A model generated the notes under the pieces. That model saw only the letters and a list, made by a program, of their open reading frames with translations, was not told where the DNA came from and made no database searches. A program made the translations under genes and the position numbers. From a bacterium (GTDB taxonomy: Bacteria > Verrucomicrobiota > Kiritimatiellia > CAIKKV01 > CAITUY01), in assembly GCA_037128595.1 (NCBI GenBank), contig JBAXWB010000007.1:96588-160587 (forward strand): a stretch of DNA of 64,000 nt, given 5' to 3'. Below, one piece after another: positions 28,665 to 38,738 of the stretch (positions are counted from its first letter, which is position 1; each line of letters begins with the position of its first letter).

Positions 28665-29680
28665 TGGGCGACCGTCTCACATTCCCGCCCAACTCCGTGG
28701 CACTGGTTACCGGTGCCACGGGCTTTACCGGGGCCGTACTCATAAAAAAACTTTGTGAGTGCGGGATCCGCGTCAGCGCCATCGCCCGCGCCTCCTCCAA
28801 CCGGGAGGCCTTGCAGGCGCTTCCGATTGAATGGATCGAAGGCAATGTCTACGATCCCGACACCGTCACACGGGCCGTCGCGGGCGTGGATTTCATTTTT
28901 CATGTGGCTGCGGCCTACCGGGAAGCCGGCATTGCCGATGAGACTTACCGTAAAGTTCATGTGGACAGCACCCAGTTACTGGCTCGTGCCGCGCTCAACA
29001 ACCCCGGCTTCAAGCGGTTTGTGCATGTGTCCACGGTCGGCGTGCATGGGCATATCGAGACCCCTCCCGCCAATGAGTTGTATCCCTTCAGTCCGGGCGA
29101 TATCTATCAGCAAACCAAGGCGGAAGCGGAATTATGGCTCCGGGATTTCGCGCCAAAAAACGGACTGCCCTTCACGGTCATCCGGCCGGCGGCCATCTAT
29201 GGCCCCGGTGACCGGCGTCTGCTGAAGATTTTCAAGATGGCGACCTGGCCGGTTTTCCCGGTTCTCGGCCGTTCCCGCGGTCAGTTGTACCACCTTATCC
29301 ACGTCGAGGATCTGGCGGGAATTTTCATTCAGGCGGCCCTGCATCCCAAGGCGCAGGGGGAAGTGTTTATCGGCGGCGATCCCCGCGCCCTGGCCCTGGC
29401 GGACATCGTCAGTATCATCAGCACCGAATATGGCCGCCAGGCCCGGATGCTGCGCATCCCTGCCTGGCCCTTCTTCTGGCTGGCCGCCCTGTGCGAAACC
29501 GTATGCCGGCCCTTCGGAATTGCCCCGCCGATCTATAGGCGCCGGGTCGCTTTTTTCACGAAGGACCGTTCATTTGACACCACGAAGCTGCGAACGCTCC
29601 TGGACTTTCACTACAGCCGGACCACCGAGCAGGGCCTGCGCGAAACCGCCCGCTGGTATCGGGACCATAACTGGATATAA
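28661..29680 (+). CDS. NAD-dependent epimerase/dehydratase (extended SDR) family protein
   Basis: [18 protein letters not shown] Rossmann start; YxxxK region (YQQTKAEAE); 4-nt overlap with the ahcY stop. Confidence 0.75.
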   Translation: MMGDRLTFPPNSVALVTGATGFTGAVLIKKLCECGIRVSAIARASSNREALQALPIEWIEGNVYDPDTVTRAVAGVDFIFHVAAAYREAGIADETYRKVHVDSTQLLARAALNNPGFKRFVHVSTVGVHGHIETPPANELYPFSPGDIYQQTKAEAELWLRDFAPKNGLPFTVIRPAAIYGPGDRRLLKIFKMATWPVFPVLGRSRGQLYHLIHVEDLAGIFIQAALHPKAQGEVFIGGDPRALALADIVSIISTEYGRQARMLRIPAWPFFWLAALCETVCRPFGIAPPIYRRRVAFFTKDRSFDTTKLRTLLDFHYSRTTEQGLRETARWYRDHNWI

Positions 29681-29781
29681 GAACAATGGAGGGCGCCGCT
29701 CTGTCGGCGCCAGCGTGAATCACTTGACTTTATCGAGCTAAGGCGTAATCAATATCACCCTATTTATAGCAGGAGTAACTG

Positions 29782-30408
29782 ATGAATGACGTAAGTATTA
29801 TCGATATGATGATCCGTGGGTGGCCGGTTCTGGCCATTCTGCTGGTGATGTCCATTTTTTCCGTGACCATTATCGTGGACCGGGTGCGCCTCATCCGCCG
29901 TTTCAAAGTCAATGAGCGCTCCTTCATGGCGCGCCTGCTCCGTATTCTTGCCGAACAAGGGCACGCCGCAGCGTTGGAGTTCTGCCGCAAATACGACTTC
30001 CCGATTGCCGCGGTGTCCGCTGAAATCCTGTCCCAGCCCGGTGGACGCGAAGCCAAGGAGCGGGCGATGCAACATGGCATTCAGGCGCAGGAGCGAAAAC
30101 TGGGTGCCATGGTTCCGGTACTCGGCACCGTCGCAGGCACGGCCCCCTTTGTGGGTCTGTTCGGTACCGTCATCGGGATCATCAAGGCCTTTGCCAGTAT
30201 TGCCGCCAATAGCGGCGGCGGCCCGGAAGTGGTCTCGGCCGGTATCGCCGAGGCCCTGATCACCACCGCCTGTGGTCTGGTGGTCGCGATTCCCGCCCTG
30301 ATCGGCTACAACTACTGCATCCACATGACCGAAGTCCTGATGACCGATGCGGAACTCCTGGCGTTTGACCTGATCGAGACGCTCTGTCCGGAAGGCAAGC
30401 CCGCGTGA
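29782..30408 (+). CDS. exbB: MotA/TolQ/ExbB proton-channel family protein
   Basis: 208 aa, three TM; LGTVAGTAPFVGLFGTVIGII signature. Confidence 0.8.
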   Translation: MNDVSIIDMMIRGWPVLAILLVMSIFSVTIIVDRVRLIRRFKVNERSFMARLLRILAEQGHAAALEFCRKYDFPIAAVSAEILSQPGGREAKERAMQHGIQAQERKLGAMVPVLGTVAGTAPFVGLFGTVIGIIKAFASIAANSGGGPEVVSAGIAEALITTACGLVVAIPALIGYNYCIHMTEVLMTDAELLAFDLIETLCPEGKPA

Positions 30409-30827
30409 AGGCCCCCTCCCGGGCGTCCGGCAAGCACCGCATCATGGCGGACATCAATATGATCCCGTTCATTGATGTATCGCTGGTATTGCTGCTGATC
30501 TTCATGATCATGACCCCGCTGATGGTGCGTTCCCAGCTGAAGATCAACCTGCCAAGCACCAAGGACTCCCAGCAGGACATTACCCGCAAGGAAACCATTC
30601 AGGTTCAGGTCGACCGGACCGGTACGGCCTATCTTTCCGGCATGCCGGTGGCACCCGACCTGCTTGAGAGCCGTCTGCGCCAGCTTTTGAAAGATCCGAA
30701 TCAGCCCGTTGTGGTCGAGGCCGACAAGGACGTTCCCTTCCAGTTCGTGATCACCGTCATGGATGCGGCCAAACGCATTGGCGCCCTCAAACTCGCCGTC
30801 TGCGTGAAGAAGCAGGGAAAGAAATGA
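30405..30827 (+). CDS. exbD: ExbD/TolR biopolymer transport protein
   Basis: INMIPFIDVSLVLLLIFMI N-terminal TM and periplasmic domain; translationally coupled to exbB (ATGA overlap). Confidence 0.8.
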   Translation: MKAPSRASGKHRIMADINMIPFIDVSLVLLLIFMIMTPLMVRSQLKINLPSTKDSQQDITRKETIQVQVDRTGTAYLSGMPVAPDLLESRLRQLLKDPNQPVVVEADKDVPFQFVITVMDAAKRIGALKLAVCVKKQGKK

Positions 30828-30946
30828 AGTGGGGGCTGCTCTGCGTGGGATTGCTGGCTCTGATTCTCCTCCGCAATCAGCCCTGGGATTGTCTCACCGG
30901 ATATGACCAGGCCAAACAGGCGTACGTCTCACTGGAAATGGTCTAG
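30824..30946 (+). CDS. small hypothetical membrane protein (40 aa), translationally coupled to exbD
   Basis: ATGA overlap with the exbD stop; AGGGAAAG RBS; one TM (LLCVGLLALILL). Ends at TAG 30944-30946, in the same frame as the downstream ORF 31037-31489. Confidence 0.3.
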   Translation: MKWGLLCVGLLALILLRNQPWDCLTGYDQAKQAYVSLEMV

Positions 30947-31036
30947 GATGGGCACTGGTGGCACCAGCATCTCCCGACCGGCCGACCGGCCACCAAGCCT
31001 CCGCTGGCAGGCTGGGCTTCAGCCGCCCTCTATCCC

Positions 31037-31489
31037 GTGATGGGCGGCTGGTGGGAAGGCGCCTGGCGGGCCCCGTCCCTCCTCGCCTATATCGGAATGC
31101 TGTTTATCCTGGGGCGGGCGGCCTGGCACGTGAGCCGGGAATGGGGCGGCTATACCGCGTATTGGCATCTGGACACCCGGAATCAGGAAAAGAACAAGGA
31201 ACTTGCCCGGCATGACTTGTGCCATCAGGTCACCGACTTTGCACACAAAACCGGGGTTGACATCAAAGGGGCAAGGCCGGTTTCAGACTTGAACCAGTCC
31301 CTGTTGACCACCCTGCGCTGCACGCGCCCCATCGGACAGAATCAACTGAGGGGCGAGTTGGATAAAGGCAACGCCGTCCTCCTGCCCTTGCCGAAGGAGG
31401 CTAAATCCAACGAGGCATGGCTTGTGGTGGTCTCGAGTGATCGCGTCACCGAGGCCGGCCGTGGCTATGGCTTACTCTATCGAAAGTGA
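31037..31489 (+). CDS. hypothetical protein (150 aa, one predicted TM)
   Basis: GTG/ATG start; in frame with the preceding 40-aa ORF; no known motifs. Confidence 0.35.
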   Translation: MMGGWWEGAWRAPSLLAYIGMLFILGRAAWHVSREWGGYTAYWHLDTRNQEKNKELARHDLCHQVTDFAHKTGVDIKGARPVSDLNQSLLTTLRCTRPIGQNQLRGELDKGNAVLLPLPKEAKSNEAWLVVVSSDRVTEAGRGYGLLYRK

Positions 31490-31534
31490 ACACCGTATGT
31501 TAACCCGTGTTTTAAATAACCGGCCGTTATCTCG

Positions 31535-31969
31535 CTACGGAATCATCGCGCTGGTCTCACTATTCTTCCTGCTTTGCCTGCCCCAGTTGCCTTGGTCGTT
31601 GAGTGTGATGTTCAGGGTCTCCGCCCCGTTGGTATAACCGACCGTCGTCAGCAGGTAGTTGCTCGATGTCACAGCGGTTAGGGTATAGCCATCAGTCTTG
31701 AAGAATTTGCCATCAAAATCCCTGTTTGTAACGCACAGATCTGTGATTTCCGTTAAGTTTTTCCCGGAATCTCCTGTTGGATAGTGCCCATTTTCTGCTT
31801 GGTACGCCTCCATCGCCCTGCGGATTGTGCTCAATCCCACCCGTGCCTCGGCCACCATGGTCCTGTTTTTAGTTCCCGTTATTAGTGGCGCAACCACCGC
31901 CACCACAATGGCTATAGTAGTCGCAACCATCAAAAATTCCGCTAACGCAAAACCGGCTTTAATCTTCAT
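31535..31969 (-). CDS. prepilin-type N-terminal cleavage/methylation domain protein (type II secretion pseudopilin / type IV pilin-like)
   Basis: MKIKAGFALAEFLMVATTIAIVVAV is the class-III signal: G|F cleavage site, Glu at +5, hydrophobic helix. Start taken at the internal ATG (MKIKAG). Confidence 0.7.
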   Translation of the reverse strand: MKIKAGFALAEFLMVATTIAIVVAVVAPLITGTKNRTMVAEARVGLSTIRRAMEAYQAENGHYPTGDSGKNLTEITDLCVTNRDFDGKFFKTDGYTLTAVTSSNYLLTTVGYTNGAETLNITLNDQGNWGRQSRKNSETSAMIP

Positions 31970-32034
31970 ATTTTTCCTGACGTGAACTTGACCACCCGGC
32001 ATACATATAATTAACTGCCGCTAAGAACGATTTT

Positions 32035-33423
32035 TCATGTTTCTCGATCGCCATTGTCTCCATGCGTAGGCTTAGCTCCTTCGCAAGCGTTGTCCGTTCT
32101 GAATTCTGTTGGAGTAACACCAATAACTGATTCGTCGGGTGTCAGGCTTTTGACAACCCTTATTGCACCCCATAGCAGCGGTGGGATGGCGGCCAGCAGG
32201 ATCCAGGATGGGCCACCCACAAATTGCCAGAATACATGGGCGGTGTGGAGAAATAAAATTCTGAAACTGCCCGGGGGAAGGGTGATGCTGGCCCAGGCGA
32301 GGGCTGTTCCGGTCAGAACCCAGATCCACCCCGGCTTCGGGAAGGACTTGACCAGCATGGCCGCGCCCAACATGGGCAGGGGCGCCAGCATGAGAAGATG
32401 ACGGGAATTAGTCTGTGGACTGAAGATAAGCGCCAGCGCGATCAGAACCGCCCACTCCAAGGCGATTAAGGCTTGCCAGGGTTGCTGTTGCTGTTGACTC
32501 GCGTCGGGCCAGTGAAGTCGGGGGATGCCGCCCCGCCGATAGACCCATGCGCCGAAAACAATGATCGCCAGGAAGATGGTTCCCACGGCGGCCCAAGCCA
32601 GGAGTTCATGGCCGGGGCCAACCATTCTAACAATGCCGCTGGGGAGCGAAACGCTATAGGAGGCCGTCACATCCTTGATCTGGGCTTTTTGATGAACCCC
32701 AGTTTGTATTCCGAGAAGTGACAGGAACCCTCCCGAGGACTGCGCCAGATATTGCAGATTTGTTTTCCATCCAAGCGCTCCCGCCGGGAGTAGTCCGAAT
32801 GCTATCGTGGTTATCACCATGGACGCTGCGGACCGGTACCGTCGCCTGAATAAAAGGTAAGGCAACATGATGATAGGGAAGGCTTTGATGTTCATCGCCA
32901 AGCCGAGGGCGGCTCCCGCCAAAAATGGGCGGCGATCGAGCCAGCGTAACGAAAGAACTAGGAGGAATAGCAGAAGGGAGTTGACTTGAAACATCTGCAG
33001 ATCGGACTTGATCCGGTCCTCCATGATCGCAAATGAAATGAGGAGCGTAATTCCGAACAGAAGGGGGGTGACAGGAACATTGAACCTACGCAGGATTTCC
33101 CGGACTCCCCAGGAAAAGGAAAGCAGGATCGCGGCGACCATGACCGGTACGTAAGCCATGGCCGCAATATTGGCGGGAAGTAAGGCCAAAGGCATGCAGA
33201 GTGTCGCAAAGAGAGGAGGGTAAATATATGGTCTTTCCGCGAAAACGTATGGGTCGTTGTGTTCGCAGAGCGCTTTGGCGGCAACATAATAGGCCTGAAA
33301 ATCGCAGAGGTCGCCGCGGGCCGCTTTTTTAAAGGCGTGAGCCGTGAAGGCAAGCATCATGGTGCTGATGACAAGGGAAATGAGAAGGATCCATTTTTGG
33401 GGTGAAATGCTACTCTGTTTCAT
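32035..33423 (-). CDS. GT-C type integral-membrane glycosyltransferase (GT87 / DUF2029-like)
   Basis: 462 aa polytopic protein; AYYVAAKALCEHNDPY...YIYPPLFA N-terminal block typical of DUF2029/GT87 mannosyltransferase-like proteins. Confidence 0.55.
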   Translation of the reverse strand: MKQSSISPQKWILLISLVISTMMLAFTAHAFKKAARGDLCDFQAYYVAAKALCEHNDPYVFAERPYIYPPLFATLCMPLALLPANIAAMAYVPVMVAAILLSFSWGVREILRRFNVPVTPLLFGITLLISFAIMEDRIKSDLQMFQVNSLLLFLLVLSLRWLDRRPFLAGAALGLAMNIKAFPIIMLPYLLFRRRYRSAASMVITTIAFGLLPAGALGWKTNLQYLAQSSGGFLSLLGIQTGVHQKAQIKDVTASYSVSLPSGIVRMVGPGHELLAWAAVGTIFLAIIVFGAWVYRRGGIPRLHWPDASQQQQQPWQALIALEWAVLIALALIFSPQTNSRHLLMLAPLPMLGAAMLVKSFPKPGWIWVLTGTALAWASITLPPGSFRILFLHTAHVFWQFVGGPSWILLAAIPPLLWGAIRVVKSLTPDESVIGVTPTEFRTDNACEGAKPTHGDNGDRET

Positions 33424-33457
33424 GTTGTTTAGCCCTGTGATTAAGGTCTAGAGAGTA

Positions 33458-34651
33458 ATGATAGAGCAGCGTGATGTCGATGGCATTCCTGCGGGGTGGC
33501 CGGGGCTGTTGAAGTCAACGGTGTTTCTCCTTGACGGGTCTTCTTGCTCGGATGATGATATCGCTCATTTTCAGCGAGCATATATGAAAGTATTACTGGT
33601 AGCGGGGGTTGGTGATCGGCCGGAAGCGTATCTTTTTCCGGAACTGGCGGCTAGGGGCGTGCAGGTTAAGCTCCTTTGCGATTCCACATCCCCATACTTT
33701 GATTCCCTGAAGGAATCGGGTTTCCCGATGACCCATTTTGTCATGAAGGCCCGGATTGATCCTGCGGCGATTCGAGTCCTCTGGCGGACACTTCGGACAG
33801 ATTCTTATGATATTGTGCACGCGTTTAATAGCCGGGCACTTTCGAATAGCCTGCTTGCCTCTATGGGAATGAACCTGAAACGCATCGGGTTTTGTGGTAC
33901 CATGGGACATCTCAAACGGTGGGACCCCTCAGCCCGCTTGGCGGTGTTGAGTTCACGCGCCGACCGGATTGTATGCGTCTCACGGGCGGTTAAGGGTTAT
34001 CTTCGCGAACTTGGAGTCCCCGACAGTCGCCTTCTCACGATTTATGCCGGGCACGATCCGTCCTGGTTTGCTCCTGCGCCCCGCTCGGCTCTTCGGGAGT
34101 TTGGCATCCCGGATAATGCCGTGGTAATTGCCTGTACTGCGAAGGCCCGACCGATCAAGGGGGTGCCCATCCTCATGCAGGCGGTTCGCCGCCTGGCGGC
34201 TGATTTCCCCGTCCATGTCCTGCTGATCGGACAAAATGACGATGCTGAAATCAGCGAACTTCTTGGCGATCATGTGTTGCGCGAGCGAATTCACCTGACT
34301 GGCTTTCGAATGGATGCACCAGCACTGATGGGGGCCTGCGACTTGTTTGTGATGCCGACTCTCAGGAATGAAGGGTTATCCAAGGCCGTCGCGGAGGCGA
34401 TGTGCATGGGTGTGCCCTCCATCATATCGGCCGTTGGTGGAATGGTGGAACTCGTGGAGAATGGTAAAACCGGGCTAATCGTTCCCCCGGGAGATCCTGC
34501 CCCGTTAGCGGAGGCGATAACGAAATATGTCCGCGACCCCTTGATGCGGAAACAGCATGGTGCTTCCGCCCGTGAACGTCTGCTCGCTTCTTTTTCATTC
34601 ACGCAAATGGCAGATCAGACGGTGGCGATGTATCGTTCCCTTGTCGCGTAA
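33458..34651 (+). CDS. glycosyltransferase family 4 (GT-B, group 1)
   Basis: C-terminal CDLFVMPTLRNEGLSKAVAEAMCMGVPSIISAVGGMVELVENGKTGLIV EX7E-type motif. Confidence 0.8.
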   Translation: MIEQRDVDGIPAGWPGLLKSTVFLLDGSSCSDDDIAHFQRAYMKVLLVAGVGDRPEAYLFPELAARGVQVKLLCDSTSPYFDSLKESGFPMTHFVMKARIDPAAIRVLWRTLRTDSYDIVHAFNSRALSNSLLASMGMNLKRIGFCGTMGHLKRWDPSARLAVLSSRADRIVCVSRAVKGYLRELGVPDSRLLTIYAGHDPSWFAPAPRSALREFGIPDNAVVIACTAKARPIKGVPILMQAVRRLAADFPVHVLLIGQNDDAEISELLGDHVLRERIHLTGFRMDAPALMGACDLFVMPTLRNEGLSKAVAEAMCMGVPSIISAVGGMVELVENGKTGLIVPPGDPAPLAEAITKYVRDPLMRKQHGASARERLLASFSFTQMADQTVAMYRSLVA

Positions 34652-34672
34652 ACTTATCCGGCACCACAGTCA

Positions 34673-35734
34673 ATGAAAGTCCCAGGAAAACATCGATACG
34701 CTGCGCCCCTTTTGACGGTGGCGCTGGTCTTGGCCGTGGCGGTATTCGCCTATCCCCATGATACTCAGATCTTCCGTGCCATGCAGTCACTCTCCATCCG
34801 GGCAGGAAAATTCCATGTTATACGGGAATTTCTAGAGATGTTCCGCCCCTTCGGGCAGGCGGATGTCATTTTGGTGATTGCTGCCGGCATGGGGTTGTGC
34901 GGGGCGCGCCGCCGCGCCCTGCATATCATTCTGGCGCTTGCGGTGATGAGCCTTCTAATCTGGCCGGTCAAGGTCGGGGTCGGCCGGGAGCGCCCCGCCT
35001 TCAAGAACTTCCAGTCGTTCCCCAGCGGAGATGTTGCCACAGCTGCCGCATTTGTGACGCCGCTGGTAGGCTTATCTTACTGGATGGCCCCTGCCGCGGT
35101 CTTTGGGACCGGGGGCGTTGCCCTGGAACGGGTATATTATGGCCGCCACTATGCCAGCGATGCCCTGGCGGGGGCCGGATTTGGAGTTTTGTCCGCTGTC
35201 ATCGCCATGGCTATTCTTCGACGGTGGCGGTGGCGCCCCAAACGGTGCTGGTTCGTTCTGGCGGGGCTTCTCCTGATGGTAACCCCATTGATTGCCAGCC
35301 TCCTGCGTTCCCGCGGGGCACCCTATCTTTTCGATGTTCTTCGTGTCTGGGGGCCTTTTGGCGCCTTCCTCATTTCGGCACGCCTAATTCCCGGTTTGAT
35401 CCGGAAACGCAGAACGAAGACCGGTCTCCCTCCGCGACCATTCTCCTCCGGTGGAGTCGGGGTCCAAATGTTGCTGGTCGCCAGTATCGCGGGAGGCTTC
35501 ATGCTTCTGGTCACCCCCTGGTTTATGCCCGTCTTCGGGCTACGCCTCCCCCTTGTGACTATGGGACTGATTACCCTGGCCATGGCTCGCAGCGTCTGGC
35601 GGTTGAACCGGAAAAAGCGAGGGGAGGCCATCCCCGCTGTAACGCTCATGGGCCTGGTGTGTGCGCTCCTGTCGACCGGACTCGCGCTCCTTCCTGCCTT
35701 TCTCGCTTATCGGGATTCGGTGCTGACTTTCTAG
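34673..35734 (+). CDS. PAP2 (phosphatidic acid phosphatase type 2) superfamily membrane protein
   Basis: KVGVGRERP ... FPSGDV ... RVYYGRHYASDA is the three-box PAP2 signature, with extra C-terminal TM helices. Confidence 0.7.
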   Translation: MKVPGKHRYAAPLLTVALVLAVAVFAYPHDTQIFRAMQSLSIRAGKFHVIREFLEMFRPFGQADVILVIAAGMGLCGARRRALHIILALAVMSLLIWPVKVGVGRERPAFKNFQSFPSGDVATAAAFVTPLVGLSYWMAPAAVFGTGGVALERVYYGRHYASDALAGAGFGVLSAVIAMAILRRWRWRPKRCWFVLAGLLLMVTPLIASLLRSRGAPYLFDVLRVWGPFGAFLISARLIPGLIRKRRTKTGLPPRPFSSGGVGVQMLLVASIAGGFMLLVTPWFMPVFGLRLPLVTMGLITLAMARSVWRLNRKKRGEAIPAVTLMGLVCALLSTGLALLPAFLAYRDSVLTF

Positions 35735-35824
35735 ATACGATTCTTCCGTCTTGACTCCATTCCCCATGGAAAGTAGCTTGCTAAGCAATGATTTCGAGGC
35801 CATGAGCCGGAAAGTGTTTCAACG

Positions 35825-36931
35825 ATGATGATAGGTGATGTTCTTTTCATAATCAACGGGTTAGGGATGGGGAACAGTACCCGTTGCCATGCCATCATAG
35901 AACATCTCATGGATCAGGGGATCCGGATCCATGTACTCACATCGGGAAACGGGCTCATGTATTTCTCTGGCGTCAAGGAAATTGCCTCGCTGACTCCGAT
36001 GGAGTCTTTTTTTTATTCAGGCAAAAACGGCGGAGTGAGCGGGTGGCGGACTTTCGCTTCTATTCACGCGTTATATGGTCGCGCTACGGTCAAAAAGCGG
36101 CAGCTTGAAGCCTTCCTCCAAACACATCACATTGATGTTGCCGTGGTTGACTCGGAATACATCACCTCGCCGTTGCGCAGACGAAAAATCCCCATCATCG
36201 GACTGAACAACGCCGATGTGGTGGTCTCGGAATACTTGAAGCTGAAAAATCCGCCCCCCGAAATCCGCAGCCATTTCTGGCTCGTTGAATTTACGGACTA
36301 CCTGTTCCACCGGTTTTTCTGCAATTGGGTGATTAGTCCTTCTGCAGTTCCCGGAGAACTCCGTCATTCCCGTATTCGGCGCGTGGGGCTCATTGTCCGC
36401 CGATCGATCCTCAACGTGCTTCCTGCGGAGCCCTCGGTCCCGGTACACCCGGCGGAGATGAAGTCCATGGTGTTTCTGTTGAGCGGTTCCGTATACGCCT
36501 CCCAGATCGAGATGGGGGACGGAAAATTTGCGTTCCCGGTTGATGTGGTTGGCCGGGAGGGTGAGAACATCGGGGATGTGACTTATCGTGGACGGATGAT
36601 GGACAACATCGCGTATCTTCAAAAGGCTGACGCCATGGTCATCAATGGCGGCTTTTCGGCGGTCAGCGAAGCCATGGCGCTCGGAAAAATCACTTTTGTC
36701 ATTCCCGTCCCTGGCCATGCGGAACAGCACATCAACGCCCGGATCCTTGCCGACATGGGGTACGGCTATGTTGTCAAGGAGAACGAGGTGGTAGCCAAAC
36801 TCAAGGAGTTGTGCCGGGGCAACCACTGGGAGGGTTTGAAGCCGCGCCAACCCATCTTGGGTGTGCAGGGTGCCCGCGAAGCTGCGGATATCATCAGTGA
36901 GGTTGTGCGGAATCGGTGTCCCAAGTCCTGA
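35825..36931 (+). CDS. MurG-like / GT28-GT1 family UDP-glycosyltransferase
   Basis: C-terminal ADAMVINGGFSAVSEAMALGKITFVIPVPGHAEQHINA resembles the MurG/MGT donor-binding region. Confidence 0.6.
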   Translation: MMIGDVLFIINGLGMGNSTRCHAIIEHLMDQGIRIHVLTSGNGLMYFSGVKEIASLTPMESFFYSGKNGGVSGWRTFASIHALYGRATVKKRQLEAFLQTHHIDVAVVDSEYITSPLRRRKIPIIGLNNADVVVSEYLKLKNPPPEIRSHFWLVEFTDYLFHRFFCNWVISPSAVPGELRHSRIRRVGLIVRRSILNVLPAEPSVPVHPAEMKSMVFLLSGSVYASQIEMGDGKFAFPVDVVGREGENIGDVTYRGRMMDNIAYLQKADAMVINGGFSAVSEAMALGKITFVIPVPGHAEQHINARILADMGYGYVVKENEVVAKLKELCRGNHWEGLKPRQPILGVQGAREAADIISEVVRNRCPKS

Positions 36932-36943
36932 TGGAGCATTGTC

Positions 36944-37741
36944 ATGATCGTGTGTGCCGATGATTTCGGGTTGTCCAGTGACATTGATCGCGCCATTCTC
37001 CAACTTTCGGAAAGCGGCAGGATTTCAGCAGTGTCATGCATGGTGGGCCTCAGCCACTTCGACCGGGTGGCGTTTTCAAAACTGCTCCGTTTGGGAGGCC
37101 GGGTGGATATCGGTCTTCATCTGACACTTACGGATATTCCGCCCCTCCATGCCGTATCCGGTGTGGTTTCGCTGCTCCAGTCAAGGGGTGTTTTTCATCC
37201 CATGGATGTCTTACTGAGGCGGGGAGTGCTGGGGCGGATCAAACCGGATGATGTGACTCGCGAGACTCAAAGTCAGTATGATCGCTTCATTCAGTTTGCA
37301 GGACGTCCTCCGGACTATCTGGATAGTCATCTCCACATTCATCAGTTCCCGGGTGTCCGGGAAGGTATTCTGAAGTTTCTGGACGGGATGGGACCTGAAG
37401 CCGCGCCCTATGTCCGGAATTCCGCCATGACCCTCCGTAAAATCATCCGGCAGGGAGTCTCTCCCTTGAAATGTATGGCCATCGGTTTTTTGGGAAATCA
37501 TTTCCGCAAGGCCCTTCAATTACGGGGGTTGAAAACCAATGACGGGTTTGCCGGTATTTATGCTTATGACGGGCATCGTGCCTACCCAGAGTACCTCAGG
37601 CGCTTTGTGGATTGCATGGAAAGCCGGAATGGAATTCTAATGACCCATCCCGGTGAGAGCGAGGCCTGGCGGAAATGCGAATACAAAACGTTGCTTGAGT
37701 CTGACAATCTTCCGGGCCTGCTCAACCGGTTTGGCGGATAA
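36944..37741 (+). CDS. ChbG/HpnK (YdjC) family carbohydrate deacetylase
   Basis: MIVCADDFGLSSDIDRAILQL plus a DSHLHIH metal-site block. Confidence 0.75.
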   Translation: MIVCADDFGLSSDIDRAILQLSESGRISAVSCMVGLSHFDRVAFSKLLRLGGRVDIGLHLTLTDIPPLHAVSGVVSLLQSRGVFHPMDVLLRRGVLGRIKPDDVTRETQSQYDRFIQFAGRPPDYLDSHLHIHQFPGVREGILKFLDGMGPEAAPYVRNSAMTLRKIIRQGVSPLKCMAIGFLGNHFRKALQLRGLKTNDGFAGIYAYDGHRAYPEYLRRFVDCMESRNGILMTHPGESEAWRKCEYKTLLESDNLPGLLNRFGG

Positions 37742-37930
37742 GGCTGTTGTTCTTTTTGGACGAGTCGCTTTTTTCTAATAAAATCCGGCGACATGGCTCG
37801 GCATGACTCTTCCAGGGTGCCCTAGATGTTTTCTGGCCGGTGGCTGAGTTGCGGGTTATTCGAGATGTTAAACACTGAGACGGTGCCGCCCCACTTGGGA
37901 GCCGCAACCCTCATCCCTTTCGCCCGCGGC

Positions 37931-38521
37931 TCAGTAAAGTTTATACAGCGTGGGCAGGATGCCCGCGTTCCTTAAGGCCTCAGCCATCTGGATGATTCCC
38001 AGAATCCACACGAACCAGATCGCGTCCAGCAAGGCATGCCGGAATTTGACGGGCGAGACGATATACTCTTCAGGTTCCACAATCTTAAAGTTGCGCGGCC
38101 AGAAGCGCGGCACGCTGGCCATGTAGGCCTTGAAGGGCTCCCCGTGCAGTTCGGCCAGCTTCGTCTCCTCATCGCGGATGACTTTCGGATAGAACACCGC
38201 AAACAGGAGCGCCAACACAAAGGGAATGGTGAGCGTCTCGGTGGCAAACCCGAGCCCGACCGCCCCGATGGAGCTGAAGACATACAGGGGATTCCGGGAT
38301 AAGGAATACGGTCCGCTGGTGACCAGGTGCTTGGTCTTGTACGCGCAGATGTACTGGGAACACCACAGCCGGCCGATGGCGGCCGTACTCACAAACACAC
38401 ACCCGATCAGGAAGAGCAAGCCGCGCAACACAAACTGCTGCTCCCATTGAGAGCCCGCGAGAATGATCCCCACGGCGAGAGGCCAGACAATTAGTCGTGA
38501 AGTACGTATTCTGTAGCGCAT
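37931..38521 (-). CDS. isoprenylcysteine carboxyl methyltransferase (ICMT/PEMT) family membrane methyltransferase
   Basis: SRNPLYVFSSIGAVG ... EETKLAELHGEPFKAYMASVPRFWP matches the ICMT C-terminal signature. Confidence 0.7.
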   Translation of the reverse strand: MRYRIRTSRLIVWPLAVGIILAGSQWEQQFVLRGLLFLIGCVFVSTAAIGRLWCSQYICAYKTKHLVTSGPYSLSRNPLYVFSSIGAVGLGFATETLTIPFVLALLFAVFYPKVIRDEETKLAELHGEPFKAYMASVPRFWPRNFKIVEPEEYIVSPVKFRHALLDAIWFVWILGIIQMAEALRNAGILPTLYKLY

Positions 38522-38738
38522 AAAAATCTACCCTCTCGCGGCTTGCTTTTGAAGCATACTTAGTTTTAAGACATTCAAAAAATCGACTGAAACTACAGTG
38601 GTCACAGCAAAATGTAAATTGGAGGCTGGCCGCCTCTAACTATTCGGCAGAATCAAGATAATCTGACAGAATTTACAGAATGTATAAAATGGTGAAACAA
38701 ACCCTTGCAAACGCATCTCTGTGTTTTGGCTCCACCCT

